This document shows, piece by piece, positions 62,940 to 64,000 of a stretch of 64,000 bases of DNA. Where the stretch lies: assembly GCA_951406725.2 (NCBI GenBank), contig OX597827.1, positions 67,952,001-68,016,000 of the forward strand. The letters are read 5' to 3'. The position numbers and the translations under genes are program-made. The DNA is from Octopus vulgaris. Taxonomy: Eukaryota. Position 1 is the stretch's first letter. Each line of letters begins with the position of its first letter. Under the pieces are notes generated by a model. The model had not been told where the DNA came from. It did no database searches and saw nothing but the letters and a program-made list of their open reading frames with translations.

Positions 62940-64000
62940 TAGTTTTATTTTTATAGCGTGCTTTCACTTCACTACCGAGCGCAGCTCTGTGTGCCTTGGG
63001 TATGTGCTGTGATTTGTTGTGATGCTCTGATGGTTATTGTATGGAAAGTGTTCTGCGTAGGATGTGTGCAGTGCCTAGTAGTGCAATTTTCTGTATGTTA
63101 TATGTGTTTGTAAGTCCTGGTGTTTTTGTTATGTATTTGTCTGAATATTTTTTTATCATGCCTAATGCACCTACTATGATAGGAATTGTTTCTGTTTTCA
63201 GATTCCACATTCTAGTTACCTCTATTTCCAGGTCTTTGTATTTTGAGAGTTTCTCCATTTCTTTTAGAGACACGTTGTCATCTGCCGGTATTGATACATC
63301 AATTAGAAAGCATTTTTTTTCTTCATGATCTCTGACAACTATATCTGGTCTGTTGGCCTTAATTTCTCTATCTGTGTGTATCGGCATATCCCAGAGTATG
63401 GTTGCTTTCTCGTTTTCTGTGACCTTTTCTGCTGTGTGCCTATACCATCTTTTTTCTGTTGTTATTCCATAATGTTGGCATAGCTTCCAATGTATGTAGG
63501 TTCCAACTCTGTCATGTCTGTGAATATATTCCTTCTTAGCCAGGACTGGGCAGCTAGAGATAATATGATTTATTGTTTCTTGTCCATCTCCACATATTCT
63601 GCAGTTACTTGTAATATTTCTTTTCATTACATGTTTTTGGTAATTTCTGGTGGGGAGGCTTTGGTCTTGTGCTGCAATTAAAAATCCCTCTGTTTCTGCT
63701 TTGAGTCCTGAGCTTCTCAACCATTGCTGGGATTTTTCTTTGTCTATTTCTTTTGCGTTTAGTTTAGTGCAGTATTTACCATGAAGGGGCTTTTCTTGCC
63801 ATCGTTTTATCATGGTTCGTTGCTGTTCTATTTTTAGTTTGGATTTCATTTGTTTTATAGCTTTTGTTGTTTCTTCATCATCTTCTTCTTCTTCTTCGTG
63901 TTTATTAGGTGGTATGATTTCTTGTTTGTATTTGTCAGCTTCCTTAAATACTGAGAACAGTTTTTTGTTTTGCTCGTGTTTTGCTGCTATCTGGATCAGT
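62937..64000 (-). mobile_element. RLE-LINE family 1 (R4/Dong-like), continues beyond the window
   Basis: Open ORF plus ~100-bp 3'UTR ending aataaaactactgaATAATAATAA. Confidence 0.93.
63034..63999 (-). CDS. C-terminal part of a non-LTR retrotransposon protein: CCHC zinc knuckle plus restriction-like endonuclease
   Basis: W..KPLHG, AAQDQSL.TRNY, CRIC..ETINHIISSC, RHD, NRPDIVV..LIDVSIP..EKLSKYKDL, PIIVGALG; the frame stays open upstream of 63849 to the window edge (LIQIAAKHEQNKKLFSVFKEADKY..). Confidence 0.92.
   Translation of the reverse strand: MIQIAAKHEQNKKLFSVFKEADKYKQEIIPPNKHEEEEEDDEETTKAIKQMKSKLKIEQQRTMIKRWQEKPLHGKYCTKLNAKEIDKEKSQQWLRSSGLKAETEGFLIAAQDQSLPTRNYQKHVMKRNITSNCRICGDGQETINHIISSCPVLAKKEYIHRHDRVGTYIHWKLCQHYGITTEKRWYRHTAEKVTENEKATILWDMPIHTDREIKANRPDIVVRDHEEKKCFLIDVSIPADDNVSLKEMEKLSKYKDLEIEVTRMWNLKTETIPIIVGALGMIKKYSDKYITKTPGLTNTYNIQKIALLGTAHILRRTLSIQ

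Overview
Eukaryotic, AT-rich, repeat-saturated window with no recognisable host protein-coding exon. The SINE families and the extreme (CA)n/(TA)n/(TATG)n/(GATA)n/(TAA)n density point to an octopus genome; this is inference from recalled repeat sequences, not a search result. Almost all ORFs in the supplied track are microsatellite or SINE translations. Contents: about 30 copies or fragments of a tRNA-headed SINE with an internal microsatellite (my label SINE-A) and about 9 loci of a second SINE (SINE-B), often as tandem multimers; rarer tRNA-headed SINEs (C, D); CR1/L2-group, RTE and L1/Tx1-like LINE fragments; two restriction-like-endonuclease (R4/Dong-type) LINE families, one with an uninterrupted ORF running off the right edge; decayed Tc1/mariner transposases, several MITEs and Helitron-like elements; and several long fold-back palindromes. 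Most notable: (i) minimal type-I hammerhead ribozyme motifs (61036-61086, 12544-12600, plus degenerate ones) in Penelope-like remnants, one with an inverted repeat starting at the predicted cleavage triplet; (ii) a SINE-A/CR1-like LINE partnership shown by a shared 3' tail with a covarying stem-loop; (iii) three non-LTR families each tied to a different microsatellite ((TATC)n, (CATA)n, (TAA)n), one carrying a 3'UTR-internal array that varies from about 50 bp to about 950 bp between copies. Boundaries were read by eye and are approximate unless a TSD or TIR is given.
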